Source: Octopus sinensis | Lineage: Eukaryota | Direction: 5' to 3' | DNA length: 64,000 nt | NCBI RefSeq assembly: GCF_006345805.1 | Contig: NC_043002.1 | Span: forward strand, 62,744,001 to 62,808,000 | Notes under the pieces: generated by a model | Seen by the model: only the letters and a program-made list of their open reading frames with translations | Told to the model about the DNA's origin: nothing | The model's database searches: none | Shown: piece after piece, positions 26,176 through 38,633 of the stretch | Layout: every line of letters starts with the position of its first letter | How positions within the stretch are numbered: the first letter of the stretch is position 1 | Position numbers and translations under genes: made by a program

Positions 26176-26377
26176 AATAACCTTAGCATTTGATTTTTCG
26201 ATGTCCTTACCCCCAAACTTTTGTGAGTTGAATTAAGCAAACACTATATATGAGAGAGATTTCTTTAAGTATTAGAAATAGTTTTAAAAAGTTTTTAGCT
26301 GCTATTTCTAATGAGTTCAGTATGCGCAAAGTAATTTATTTACTAAGCCCTTTTATATATATATATATATATATAAT

Positions 26378-27531
26378 AAAGGCTTTTCCAATGCGCCAGA
26401 GAAAAAATTTGTTTGCTTGTTATCATCCTAAGACACTTGTTGTTTTCACCGTTACAGCTTCTGTATTTCATGTTTCGGTATTCCATTATTGTTTTTTGTT
26501 TTTTTATAATCTGTCCCTTTTTCTGTCCTGGTGTTCGTATGCATTCGATCCTTCTCCAGGAAATCTACGCTTCCAGCTTAGTTTTCCTTGGAGGGCTGGC
26601 CGTGATCTAGTAATCCAAGATTAATCAGCCGAAATTACTACGATGATCCGGTTCTTGACTGAAGACTGAGGGGTTCGAATGTCCTGTCCATGTTTATTGT
26701 ATCGTCTTCTATGAGTTATACGTTCTTGTCCATGTTGTATTTTTCTACATACCTTAACATATATTCCAGGCGCCCCGTACCCCCTTTATCATTATTGTGA
26801 CACATATTCTTAATAATTGGTACGACTCTCTGTTTTGTCTCTCTCTCTCTCTCTCATTTTACTTTTCTCTATTCATCTTCTCTTTCCTCTGATCCTTTGG
26901 TCTAGTCTTCCACTACCCTCCTATTTCTTTGTCTCGCTCTGCACTCACAGGTCATTCTTCGACACCCATCCTTCTCCTCTCGATTCCTTCTTTCTCTCTC
27001 TTCTCTCTCTTTGTTCGTTTTGTCCCCCTTTTCTCTCTCTCTCTCTTTCTTTTCTTTTCCCTCTTCTCTGTCACGTGACTGTTGGCCGAAATCTGCCTTT
27101 CAACTCCTGACCCTCGTCGTGTTAACATCGTTGTTCTTCGTCCGCCGCTATAAAGGCTTTTTCCAATGCGCCAGAGAAAAAATTTGTTTGCTTGTTATCA
27201 GTCGTAAGACACTTGTTGTTTTCACCGTTACAGCTTCTGTATTTCATGTTTCTGTATCCATTATTGTTTTTGTTTTTTATATCTGTCCCTTTTGCTGTCC
27301 TGGTGTGTCGTATGCATTCGATCCTTCTTCCAGGAAATCTACGCTTCCAGCTTAGTTTTTCTTGGAGGCTGGCCGTGATCTAGTAATCTCAAGATTAATC
27401 AGCCGAAATTACTACGATGATCCGGTTCTTGACTGAAGACTGAGGGGTTCGAATGTCCTGTCCATGTTTATTGTATCGTCTTCTATGATTTATACGTTCT
27501 TGTCCATGTTGTATTTTTCTACATACCTTAA
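26378..27531 (+). mobile_element. Non-coding element with two ~380-bp direct repeats (26378-26757, 27150-27531) around a CT-rich spacer; possibly PLE pLTR-like
   Basis: ataaaggctttt..ccaatgcgccagag to tttctacataccttaa is repeated at a 772-bp offset, with (AT)n on both flanks. Confidence 0.6.
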
Positions 27532-27735
27532 TATATAATATATATATATATATAATATATATGTGTGTGTTGTGTGTGTGTTGTGTGTGTGTGTGTGTGT
27601 GGTCTGTGGTCAGGATTAATTTAGTGTTGAATAGCAACAACAACAAAAACATCTACAATAACACAGCAGCGATTACAACTTTGACAAGAGGTAGCAGCAG
27701 CAGTAGCTGAAGTAGACGACGAAGAAGTAGACGAC

Positions 27736-27888
27736 GAAGAAAGAAGAAGAAGAAGAAGAAAAAGAAAAAAAAGAAAAAGAAAAAGAAGAAGAAGAAGAAG
27801 AAGAAAAAGAAGAAGAAGAAGAAGAAGAAGAAGAAGAAGAAGAAGAAGAAGAAGAAGAAGAAGAAGAAGAAGAAGAAGAAGAAGAAGA
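27736..27888. repeat. (GAA)n polypurine tract
   Basis: Directly visible; explains the poly-F ORF. Confidence 0.95.
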
Positions 27889-28209
27889 ACCCCAACAGCA
27901 ACAGTAGCCGTTGTTTCCTCGATATTAAATGCTATAATTTCATGTCTCTATGTGTATCCATTTTGATACCAATCTACCTGAGACACCCTTTTATTTTGAT
28001 AAAAAAAAAGAAAAAAAACGCTTTCTGTTTGAGACTAATCTAATTTAAAACCTGTCATCAAATTTCATGTTAATTAACTTTCAAACACCAGATTAATACT
28101 GACAATGTTATTTGACTAAATTCTTTATTATATCCTAATTAAGTGAAAGAAATTTGAGAGTATTTGAGGAGATATATAATAAAACAAGTGTTAATTTACT
28201 GATTGCAAG

Positions 28210-28930
28210 GGCATAGGGTCCCTAAAATTGCCCACAATATACGTGCACTTAGATATGAATAGGGAAATCCCATCTTCTTTGCGCTACGCAATGCTAACTT
28301 AAAATTGCTACGCAAGCCCCTGTACATCTCCCCTCCATAGGTAAGTTGAAGCTTAGATTGCGTCGCGTGACAGCTGGCGCTGGCTGCTGCAGCCTTCCGG
28401 CGTGTATTTAAAGGGGAATTTAGCAGGGTAGTCATTCGCCCACATACATTCGTTGACACTGCATCGAAGAAACCAAAGAAGAAAAAGAGCAAAGGAAAAA
28501 GGTAAAAATTGCACTCAACACTAGGGTTTAAGATACTTCCGAAAGGGGGTCTATGGTTGCCGCCACGTCGGAAACTGTAGAGAAGTAGGGGCCAAAACCA
28601 GATGTGGTTCCTCTTGATGATCTCCTTAGCCACTGGTTCCTATAACGAAGCTGTTGAGGTAGCGAACCACGAAAAGTGGTTGGAATTCCTTCATCACTAT
28701 CCAACATGGTGTGAGGGCGCGTGGCTTAGTGGTTAGGGCATTCGGCTCATGATCGTAAGGTTGTGAGTTCGATTCCCGAAGGCAAAATCGACCTCGGCGG
28801 AATTTGAACTCAGAACGTAAAGACAGATGAAATGCTGCTAAGCGTTTTGCCCGGCCTGCTAACGTTTCTGCCAGCTCGCTGCCTTCAATGAAACCAAAAT
28901 CGCAAGGTAGGGAACCAATCACGCTGTTTC
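28210..28930 (-). mobile_element. Probable LINE-derived remnant interrupted by a SINE chimera
   Basis: Higher-GC, non-microsatellite block with a 145-aa minus ORF containing no recognisable domain. Family not established. Confidence 0.3.
28710..28885. mobile_element. Chimera: family-B-type tRNA head (+, 28710-28778) fused to the family-A 5' half (-, 28779-28885)
   Basis: gagggcgcgtggcttagtggttaggg...gagttcgattcccg is immediately followed by aaggcaaaatcgacctcggcggaatttgaactcag...ctgccagctcg. Confidence 0.8.
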
Positions 28931-29177
28931 ATGATGGATAACATGTCTAACAAGAATTCATACGTAAGCATCACTATTTCATGAAACGAGAATATTTTGA
29001 TGTGCATCATTAACGCACCTGCGTTTCTGTTTCACTCTGATACACATTAAATCAAATATATTTATTGACAAACTATATGTATATATATGCTTTTACATGG
29101 CAGACTCTGAAATTATAGGCTTAAGATTAAAATCCCATAGGCGAGCCTAAAAATGGGGCCTCAACTTAGTTGTGCTG

Positions 29178-29237
<60 letters not shown>

Positions 29238-29903
29238 TTCTCAGCATGTATATGTGAATACTTTCCTCTATCTATCTATAGATGCATATATACACACACT
29301 CACACAACACACATATATATATATATACACACACATATACAAACATCTACATATATAAACATATGCAAACATACATATATTATTTATACAATCATATATG
29401 TAAACACATATGCACACACATACTTTCCTATGTATATGTATGCACACATACACACAAATACATAGATATACAGGCACATACACACAAACATATATATAGA
29501 AACATATACATATGCAAATATACATATACTACTGATACAATCATATACGTATACATATGTATATGATTACATACATATACTTTCATATGTATAAGTGTAT
29601 GTATACACAAACACACACACCTATACGCATACACAAATACATAGACATACAAACACACATGTATATGTACATTCAGAGAAATGTGTAAAAACAAGGCTAA
29701 CAAGGAGCAAATTAATTAAAATGCTCTTAATTAGATTTATGCAACAAAATCGTAGAATTGACAGGGAACCATACTTACAACTACGCAGGAGAGGAATCTC
29801 TGATACATTATAACTAACATACAGAGCTGGGAAACATTAGAGAAATGTGCTGTAGGGAAATCAGAGTAATAACAATAGGGAAACTGCTGTTAGATGTAAC
29901 ATC

Positions 29904-30257
29904 GTGGCACTCCGTCGGTTACGACGACGAGGGATCCGGTTGATCCGATGGACGGAACAGTCTGCTCGTGAAATAAAACATGCAAGTGGCTGAGCGTTCC
30001 ACAGATACATGTACACTTAACGTCGTTCTCGGGGACATTTAGCATGACACAGATTGTGACAAGGCTGGCCCCTTTGAAAATACAGGTACAACAGAAACAG
30101 GAGGAAAGAGTGAGAGAAATTTGTGGTGAAAGAGTATTGCAGGGTTCTCCAGTACCCCCTGCCGGAGTCTCGAGGAACTTTGGGGGTTTTCGCACATTAA
30201 ACACTCACTATGACCTCGAGTCCACTGCCTTAACCACTGGGCCATTGCGCCTCCACA
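29904..30257 (-). mobile_element. SINE family B, near full length
   Basis: Reverse complement of 43022-43402, with head tgtggaggcgcaatggcccagtggttaaggcag. Confidence 0.85.
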
Positions 30258-30454
30258 TGAATATATTAAATAAGACCTGAACTACTATAATTGAATTCCA
30301 AACCCACTGATTATTGAAAGCTAAGATAGAGAGATAAGGCTGCAAAACAGCTACAGACGTAGAAAGGGTTCGAAGAGAGAGAGAGAGAGAATTACAACAA
30401 AGCACAGTGATACAAATATCTACATTAATTTGTGCAATAATATGCAAAAAAAGT

Positions 30455-30935
30455 TACTCTTTTACTTGTTTCAGTCATTTAACTGCAACCATGCTGGAGC
30501 ACCGCCTTTCAGTCGAACAAATCGATTCGAGGACTTATTCTCTGTAACCCTAGTACTTATTTTATCGGTGTCTTTTGCCGAACCGCTAAGTTACGGGGAC
30601 GTAAACACACTAACATCGCATACACACACATACACACATATATATACATATACACATACACGTATACAAACATACAATACTACTTATACAATCATATACA
30701 TACATACACAAACACATACAAACAAATTCATAGACATACATAAACATATGCATATGTACGTTCAGAGAAATGTGTAAAAACAAGGCTAACAAGGAGCAAA
30801 TTAATTAAAATTCACTTAATTAGATTTATGCAATAAAATGGTGGTGGTGGGTGCCAAACACAGATTTATGCAACTGTGATGTTGGGGGACAAACACAGAC
30901 ACACATATACATACATACATACTTATATATAATAC

Positions 30936-31027
<92 letters not shown>

Positions 31028-31321
31028 AGAAGAAAACGAATATAATAGCAATGGAAGACTCATGGATTACGCTGGAATGTCTTTAATTAAATAGGTAACA
31101 TAAAATTAAGAAGCAGAGATAAAGATAGATATAGATATATATGTATGTATGAATGTAAGTATGTATAGCTTAGGACAATCTGTAAGTTGTCATAATTTGA
31201 AACTCTATAATGGCAACTTACTGATTGTCCTAAACTATAATTATAAATAATCCTCTATTCACCTCATATCGAGGTCTCATTCTTTTGTTGTCAATTTTTA
31301 TCATTATTATACATATATATA

Positions 31322-31354
<33 letters not shown>

Positions 31355-31530
31355 GCACATATATATCTACGGCGGGCTTCTCTCAGTTTCCGTTTACCAA
31401 ATCCACTCACAAGGCTTTGGTCGGACCGAAGCTATATTAGAAGACACTTGGCTAAGGTTCCACGCAGTAGGACTGAACCCGGAACCATCTAGTTGGGAAG
31501 TAAGCTTCTTACCACAAAGCCACTCCAGGA
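30455..31530 (-). mobile_element. SINE family C split into three pieces (30455-30612, ~30880-30905, 31368-31530) by inserted sequence and microsatellites
   Basis: The pieces are collinear with 13856-14262. Confidence 0.75.
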
Positions 31531-31769
31531 AGCACGTTTCATATGGTAGATGTTTGTAGAATATATATATATATATACAAGGGGAAAATGGAGATTTTAA
31601 GATAAAGCTTTAACAATGATTAAAATAATCCAAGATTAATAAGTCGTTGGTAAATACAATATTGATTTCAAATTTTGTCACAAGGCCAGAAATTTAAGGG
31701 GGGAAGGAAGTTGATTATATCTAGATCAATTTGTGTAGCAAAATGTAAAAACGGGTTAGAATTTCTTCA

Positions 31770-32165
31770 TATCTTTATTTTATCTCTCACCTGTGTCATT
31801 CATTGGACTGCGGTCATGTTATGGCAGTGCTTCGAAGGGTTTAGCGGCGCAAATTGAGACGAGTACCTTTTAAATTTTAAAGTCTTATAGGTGTCCTATT
31901 GACCTGTTTTGCGGAACCCACTCGTTATGGGAATTTAGACGAAACAAATAACTCTGCCAAATGGTGGGGAGGTAAAGATACCATGGCACTACCCCATATA
32001 CATACACGACGGGTTTTCCACGCGGTTTCTGTCTACCAAATTCACTCACAGGGTATTTGTAGGCCCGTGGCTATAGAAAACGTTACTTTCACAATGTGCC
32101 GCACAATAGAACTGAACTCCAAACCAGAAGCTTGTAAAGCGATCTTCTTAACCACACGTCCCTGC
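31770..32165 (-). mobile_element. SINE family C, old and degenerate
   Basis: gactgcggtcatg, tctgtctaccaaattcactcacagg and ggctatagaaaac match family C. Confidence 0.65.
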
Positions 32166-33603
32166 CCCTAGCCATATCTGCAACCAGCCATACCGGCACC
32201 GATATATAAGAAAACCGTGAATTGCTAAATATAAATTAATTTTACATTTGAAAACTTTATAAAATGTTAAAAATTGAGCATAAAAGGATTATATTGACAA
32301 GAGGTCCAGTATGAAAGGCGGTAATATCCGAAAAGCACTGATCTGAAACGAGGAATATAAAAACTGATTTTAGCTCACAAGATCAATGTATAGCTCCGAA
32401 ACCGACCAACATTGAAATATGAAAGCAATAGGAACATGTCAGCTAAAAAGTATATAAGCAGAGAAAATAAAACTGAATATATCCACAGCAATGACATGGT
32501 AGGAAGGAATATCCATAGGCCAATACACAAATATTTTCATATGAAAATGCAAAGAAATTGATTTTGCATACACACGAAATCTATATTTTGTGACATGATA
32601 TGATCACAATACTAAATTGAAAAAGAAAAATTGAAGTTAACCAATGATGGTTTGTGTCAAAAAATCGTAAATACCAAGCTCGTTAAATGGAATAAATTAT
32701 TTTGCATTGAAAAAGAGAGGAAATATAACACTTTGCGCAGGAATATTTGTAGTGAACATTTTATATTGCCCTGCATAGAATCTGATCTCAAACGTTAGCT
32801 TTGTCTTCTTCCTTGCACTATAGTAATTTATTCCAGTTTCTGAAAATTTTTATCAGCTTACAATTCAATTTGATTATTTTTTTCTATTGATCCTAAAAGA
32901 ATGAAAGTTAAATCCAACTCCAATGTGATTTGATGGAACAACGTAAACGTATTTCTCTAAATACAAGAAGATATTTTGTCATCAGTTCCTCAGAGTCTGT
33001 CAATCGTTGATTTTTTCCAGATTTATAAAACTGCAAGGACACATACGTTGTTGGTAAGTTCCTTCCAATCTATTTATTTATCTCCTTATTTAACAATTTA
33101 ATGCAGTAATGCGATGTTAAAGAAATTAAAACAAGCATTAATTTATTAGGGAACTCAATCCTAACATCAGCCAATTAAATCTCCGTTTTTGTTTCACAAG
33201 AGAAACAAAATGGTAGACTTTTGTGTCCCTTTCATTCCATGATTAGCTTTTTGTTAATCAAATCTCATTCTGTTTGACGTCTCTTTATAAATCCCGTTGT
33301 GGCACTTCCCGTTTTCTCATTCTCCTTTCGTTTTTCCTTTTTTATTTGAATTAATCTACCATACCCGGCACCTTTGGGAAGATTTTGTTTTCTTTCTTAA
33401 TAACCAATCAATCTGAAACTCCCTCCTATTTCCTTACGTCATTATCATCACAATCGTTGAAATTCACGAAATCCGAACGAAATCTTGTAATCCTATTCTT
33501 TATTTTATATGTTGCTATACTTCAAACTATCACCGCTATTCATACTCTTCCCACCGACCCCCCTACTTAATTCTGCAACAGCTGCAGCTACTAAATTTAT
33601 TGT

Positions 33604-33703
33604 NNNNNNNNNNNNNNNNNNNNNNNNNNNNNNNNNNNNNNNNNNNNNNNNNNNNNNNNNNNNNNNNNNNNNNNNNNNNNNNNNNNNNNNNNNNNNNNNN
33701 NNN
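33604..33703. other. Assembly gap (100 N)
   Basis: Run of exactly 100 N, a typical scaffolding placeholder; the true distance is unknown. Confidence 0.99.
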
Positions 33704-34297
33704 TCCTATTATATAAATAGATTGAACATTCAGCTTCTTAGGTGCCAAACTAACATTCTTGACGTCTTTGAATTCTTAATTCTAAGACAACATCTTAGTA
33801 TATTCTGTATTCTAGTACATAACATAGCTTAAGGAATGATGTCGACTTATGTATGTATGTATATATATAATATATATAATATATATATATAATATATATA
33901 TATGATGATGTTCGTGTTTGTCTGCTGTTCGTGTATATACATAATAAATGTAAATACATATATATATAGATATATAAGTGTGTATACATGTCTATATATA
34001 ATATATATATATATATATATAATATAAATATGCTCAAACTAGCATAGTGACTAAAATTTTGCTCTATGTTTTCTCCAGTAGATAAAAATGAAACACATAC
34101 GCGCACTTGGGTACTGATCTCATAGTTAAGTATGCTCATGTTTGTGAATATGTAGGTATATGTAATTCTGGTGGCATGAATTTGAGTACGTATGTGGAGA
34201 TATTTAAATGTGCATGTGTGCCTGTGTATATATATATACATATATAATATATATATAATATATATATTATATATATATACATATATAATATATATAG

Positions 34298-34330
<33 letters not shown>

Positions 34331-34919
34331 AAGAGAGAGGGTTAGAGATAAATTGATAGATAAATAAAAAGATAGGTAGATACATAGATAGATACACACA
34401 TATATATGTATTCAAATCTATACACATAAACATATATCCGGTTATAAATACCTGCATACATACATACATACATACATACATACATGCAAACAAACAGACA
34501 CACACAAAAAAAGTCGATGAAAACTGAAGTGTTCGGTAAATATTCACAAAGATATGTAAGCAATCGCACAGACATGTGCACACCAAAAGACACATAAACA
34601 TATATGAGAAACAGACACACAAATACACAAAGACACACCTTAGTAAAGAACAAACCAAAGAATGTTCAATAACACATTGGTGGAAGAACGCTGTTGATAT
34701 GATACCAATGGTTTCAGATGTGTTCATCCACAATTATTCATACATAGTTGATTCGATATGACGACTCAGATATCTTCGTAGTTAACAATGCAATCATATG
34801 TTTACGGAAGTAGAATAAACAATGAGATTGTTTCAGTGAGTAAACTGAAGCAAACATGAAAGGGTATTTTTGTTTTTCATCCCTCAATATTGTATGTCAT
34901 TTATATTAATATATGCTCA

Positions 34920-35330
34920 TAGGCGAAGGCGTGGCTGTAAGGTAGGACGTTTGCTTCCTACGCACATGGTACTACCGCGTGGTATCTTGGTCAAATTTTT
35001 CCTATAGCACCGGGCCGACCAGATCCTTTTGAGTGGAATTAGTAGACGGGATCTGAAAGAAGCCTGGCGTATATATATATGTATATATATATATATTATA
35101 TATTTGTGTGTATCTTTGCTTTTCTGTTTCTCCTCCACCACCGCTCGACAAGTGGAGTTTGTGTATTTACATCCCCGCAAATTAGCGGTTCGTCAGAAAA
35201 GCAGCGACAGAATAAGTACGAGGGTTCAGAAATATAATCCTGGGGTCAATTGGTTCGGCTAATACCCTTCACGGCGGTGCTACAGCATGGCTGCGTTCAA
35301 ATGAATGAAACAAAGAAATGATAAAAGGTA
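34920..35330 (+). mobile_element. SINE family C, degenerate full length
   Basis: ggcgtggctgtaaggtagga head, gggccgaccaga, gacgggatctgaaagaagcc, cagcatggctgcgttcaaatga tail. Confidence 0.75.
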
Positions 35331-35394
35331 AACGATACTATTTATAATTTATTAAGTAATTAACAATTGCCTAATTATGCAATTAAGATTGATG

Positions 35395-36270
35395 TGCCAG
35401 CCCAAAATTTTGTAATGAAATACATATTTATATAGAGTCATATTTATTTATAGTGGTAGAATAAACATGAGAGGGAAATGACTAATACAATGTGCTGCAG
35501 CAATTAGACAAGTGAGCTTCTCCGTTATACGGGCGGGACACAGCAATTTATAAATTGACAACTTTCTAAATGCTGCAAGACTATTTGTACAAAATATTCA
35601 GAAAAAAATTGGAAGCCCCTGAGCAGAACTGGATGGAACAGAAAAAGATCCTTAAATGTTTGGACTATAAAGAGCACTCATTCAACGGTTTCAAAACATT
35701 ATCTATATTGTTACTGGACAATCAATAAGGGCCATCAGATATCGGGTTAGATTATCAGAAATGTTTCATACAAGTGATATCTATTGAGATGAGGACAAAT
35801 CCTATCGGCAAAATAGCAGTTTGAACAACGCCAAGGGGTTATTTAAAGTTTAAAATCTTTCACAAACATGTTATTCTCGGGTTCTTTTCTGATGTGGAGA
35901 AAAAGGACAAGAGTCATGAGAAATAGAAGATGTTTGTGTGCACATCTTTTTCATGTTCTCAGAGAGGTGTGTATAAGTTTCCATTGAGTCAGCAGCGGAA
36001 AGCAATGCGCGTTCCAACAAGCCTCAACACCGGCTCTTAAAGCCCACGTTATCCAAGTATGGTTGTCAGCCATTATTTGCGATCAAGTTTTTGCCATCAG
36101 TTGGAGCACTGTTCAAACAGACACTAATCGATATCATCACAATACCTGAGTTCATTGAACTCTGCACTTGTCCAGGTGAAATCTGAAATGTTTATGGACC
36201 ATTTAGTGCAGCAATGTTAACAATTTCGGTCCGACACAGATTTTTATGAAAATAAATTTAGTTTCCGTAA
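35395..36270 (+). mobile_element. Tc1/mariner-superfamily transposase fossil (maT/DD37D-like)
   Basis: AFQQASTPALKAHVIQVWL at ~36008 (FQQDSAPAHKA motif) and FSD..K..Q..RNRRCLCA at ~35885-35940. Heavily decayed. Confidence 0.65.
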
Positions 36271-36594
36271 GATTATTGATGTTTTATTAAATTATAAAAT
36301 ATGTCCTCAAATACAATATGCAACATGTAGGGGAGTGTGTGTGTGTGTAAATAGCATAGATAGATAAGCAGATAATTAGATAAATACATGTTTATACATA
36401 TACATTCATACATGCATACATTCATATATATATATATATATATACACCTGCGCACACAGTAAAATGTAATTAAAGACAAATGTAACACAAGTTCAGGAAC
36501 GTAGTTATAGGAAAGAATGTGCATGAAACAAGTTGAAGAAAGATGGAAAGAAATATAGATGCATAGATTGATAAAGAGGTTATTAGACAGACCT

Positions 36595-36595
<1 letters not shown>

Positions 36596-36640
<45 letters not shown>

Positions 36641-36706
36641 GATGGATGGATTGATGGATGGATAGATGATGGATGGATGGATGGATGGATAGATGATGGA
36701 TGGATG

Positions 36707-36780
<74 letters not shown>

Positions 36781-36784
36781 CAGA

Positions 36785-36833
<49 letters not shown>

Positions 36834-36880
36834 GGACGGACTGACGGACGGACAGACAGTAAGACAGATAGATAGATAAA
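36596..36880. repeat. (GATA/GATG/GACA)n compound microsatellite
   Basis: Directly visible; explains the SIYL-repeat ORF 36273-37124. Confidence 0.95.
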
Positions 36881-37536
36881 AAAGGGAGAGAGAGAGAAGA
36901 TGGGGAGAGAAAGAGCGAAAGAGAGACAGAGTTACATATAGACTGATAAATAGACACAAAGATACATGCGAAAACATTTCAATAGAAGAGATCGAAAGAG
37001 AGGAAAAAAGAAAATAAAGACAGAAATAGTGAGCGGAAAAGAAGACTGTAACATTGCAATAAAGAAAACAAAATTTCCAAAAAGTAAATCCAATACGAAA
37101 GAAATACAAAACTCGAAAAAACACTGCAAATTAATAAAAATATATATATATAAAAGACAAGAAAAAATGCTAAAGTTATACACACATACATATGCCCATA
37201 TATATGCACACATAAATGCACTCATACAAGTGGTGATGGTGGTTTTGTGAGGTCGGTAAGCAAACGGAAAGAATGAACGATTTGTTCATTTTCCAATTTG
37301 CAGTTTAGAATTCTTCTATAAATGATATTTAACGAAGTGTTAAGTAGTTCCTTTCAATAACATACAAGACCAATGTAATTGGCAGCAATTGTGAATTCCT
37401 GCAGACAGACGCGTGAAGTTGTAGACGAAACAGAACAAGAACGTGTGTGTGTGCGCCTGTGTGTGCGCGTACGTAACTATGCATACGTAGGTATGCGTGC
37501 AAGTACGGATATATGTATATATATATACATATATAT

Positions 37537-37569
<33 letters not shown>

Positions 37570-37585
37570 ATACGTACTTGCACGC

Positions 37586-37657
<72 letters not shown>

Positions 37658-37670
37658 CGTACTTGCACGC

Positions 37671-37703
<33 letters not shown>

Positions 37704-37776
37704 CGTTTATATATACAGGTATTGAACTTTGTAAGCTATTACAGATGTATGTATATATATATCTGTATATAAATGC

Positions 37777-37810
<34 letters not shown>

Positions 37811-38335
37811 GCACACACACATATATACACACACACATATATATATGTATGTATGTATATGTATATATAAAACTAATCAAATGACATACCTATATGTCTA
37901 CCTGCTGGAAATAACACTCAAAATTCTTCTTTAAATCGTTAAAATACACTCACAATAGCTACAGAATTTGAACCTTCCGAAGGTAAACGGGCTAAGACAA
38001 TCTCTCAGCATACATTCAAGTATTTGGACTGACGTGGACCGGTTTCTTTAATGGCAAAAATAACCTCACCCTCCTCAGCACACGTTACCATGATGAAGAG
38101 CCCCAATCCTTCACGTTGAAGTCTGCGCAGCAACTGATTCGTTTTGCGCCGAATCATGACAGCCACCGGTGTGAAAATAATTTCAATACGAAACAAATAA
38201 TTGAGGAGAAAATATTTGCGAAATATCATCGATTCTATTATTATTAATAAGATATTAATAAGATATCATTGACTCTATTATTATTAAGATAGTCAATAAT
38301 ATCTTCGCAAATAATTACTCCTGAATATGCTCCGT

Positions 38336-38383
<48 letters not shown>

Positions 38384-38633
38384 CTTATATTGGTACATAT
38401 ATATGTATATACATATATGCATACATGTGTTAGTGTGTATATGTGCATGTAGAGATATAAATCTCAGTTACTAAGTTCTTTTTTCTGATTGAATATGTGT
38501 ATCTATGCGCGTCATAATTTCATTTTGGTGCAGAAAAAGTCATTTTAACAATGTCATACACATGCTCGCAATTGCCTTATGCCATACTCACCAACACATC
38601 TTTGCTTGGTACCAATATATATATATATATATA

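Larger units (their letters stand above)
24256..26357 (+). repeat. Tandem array of ~4 x 525-540 bp units, each with a hammerhead motif (retrozyme-like or PLE pLTR-like)
   Basis: Unit start gaatggtccc at 24256, 24781, 25314 and 25846. The copies differ mostly by 1-nt indels. Confidence 0.95.

Noticed and set aside
24256-26357. CRISPR-like or protein-coding interpretation of the array
   Set aside because: The units are wholly repeated with no unique spacers, and the short ORFs are not conserved between units and match nothing I recognise.
26575-26690. Hammerhead call in the 380-bp direct repeat
   Set aside because: The GGCTG/CAGCC-GAAA stem lacks an upstream CUGANGA, and the downstream CTGAAGA is followed by GAAT with no stem II or stem I. 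Kept only as a covariation target.
27736-27888. (GAA)n tract as a functional triplex element
   Set aside because: H-DNA potential is generic to such tracts; nothing locus-specific supports a function.
28710-28778. tRNA gene
   Set aside because: It matches the SINE B head, lacks a complete acceptor stem and has no poly-T terminator.
32360-32412. CTGATTT-TAGCT...AGCTCC-GAAACCG hammerhead-like string
   Set aside because: G8 and A9 are missing and stem I is absent.
33300-33603. Possible LINE/PLE 5' region next to the gap
   Set aside because: No motif I can name with confidence, and it is truncated by Ns.
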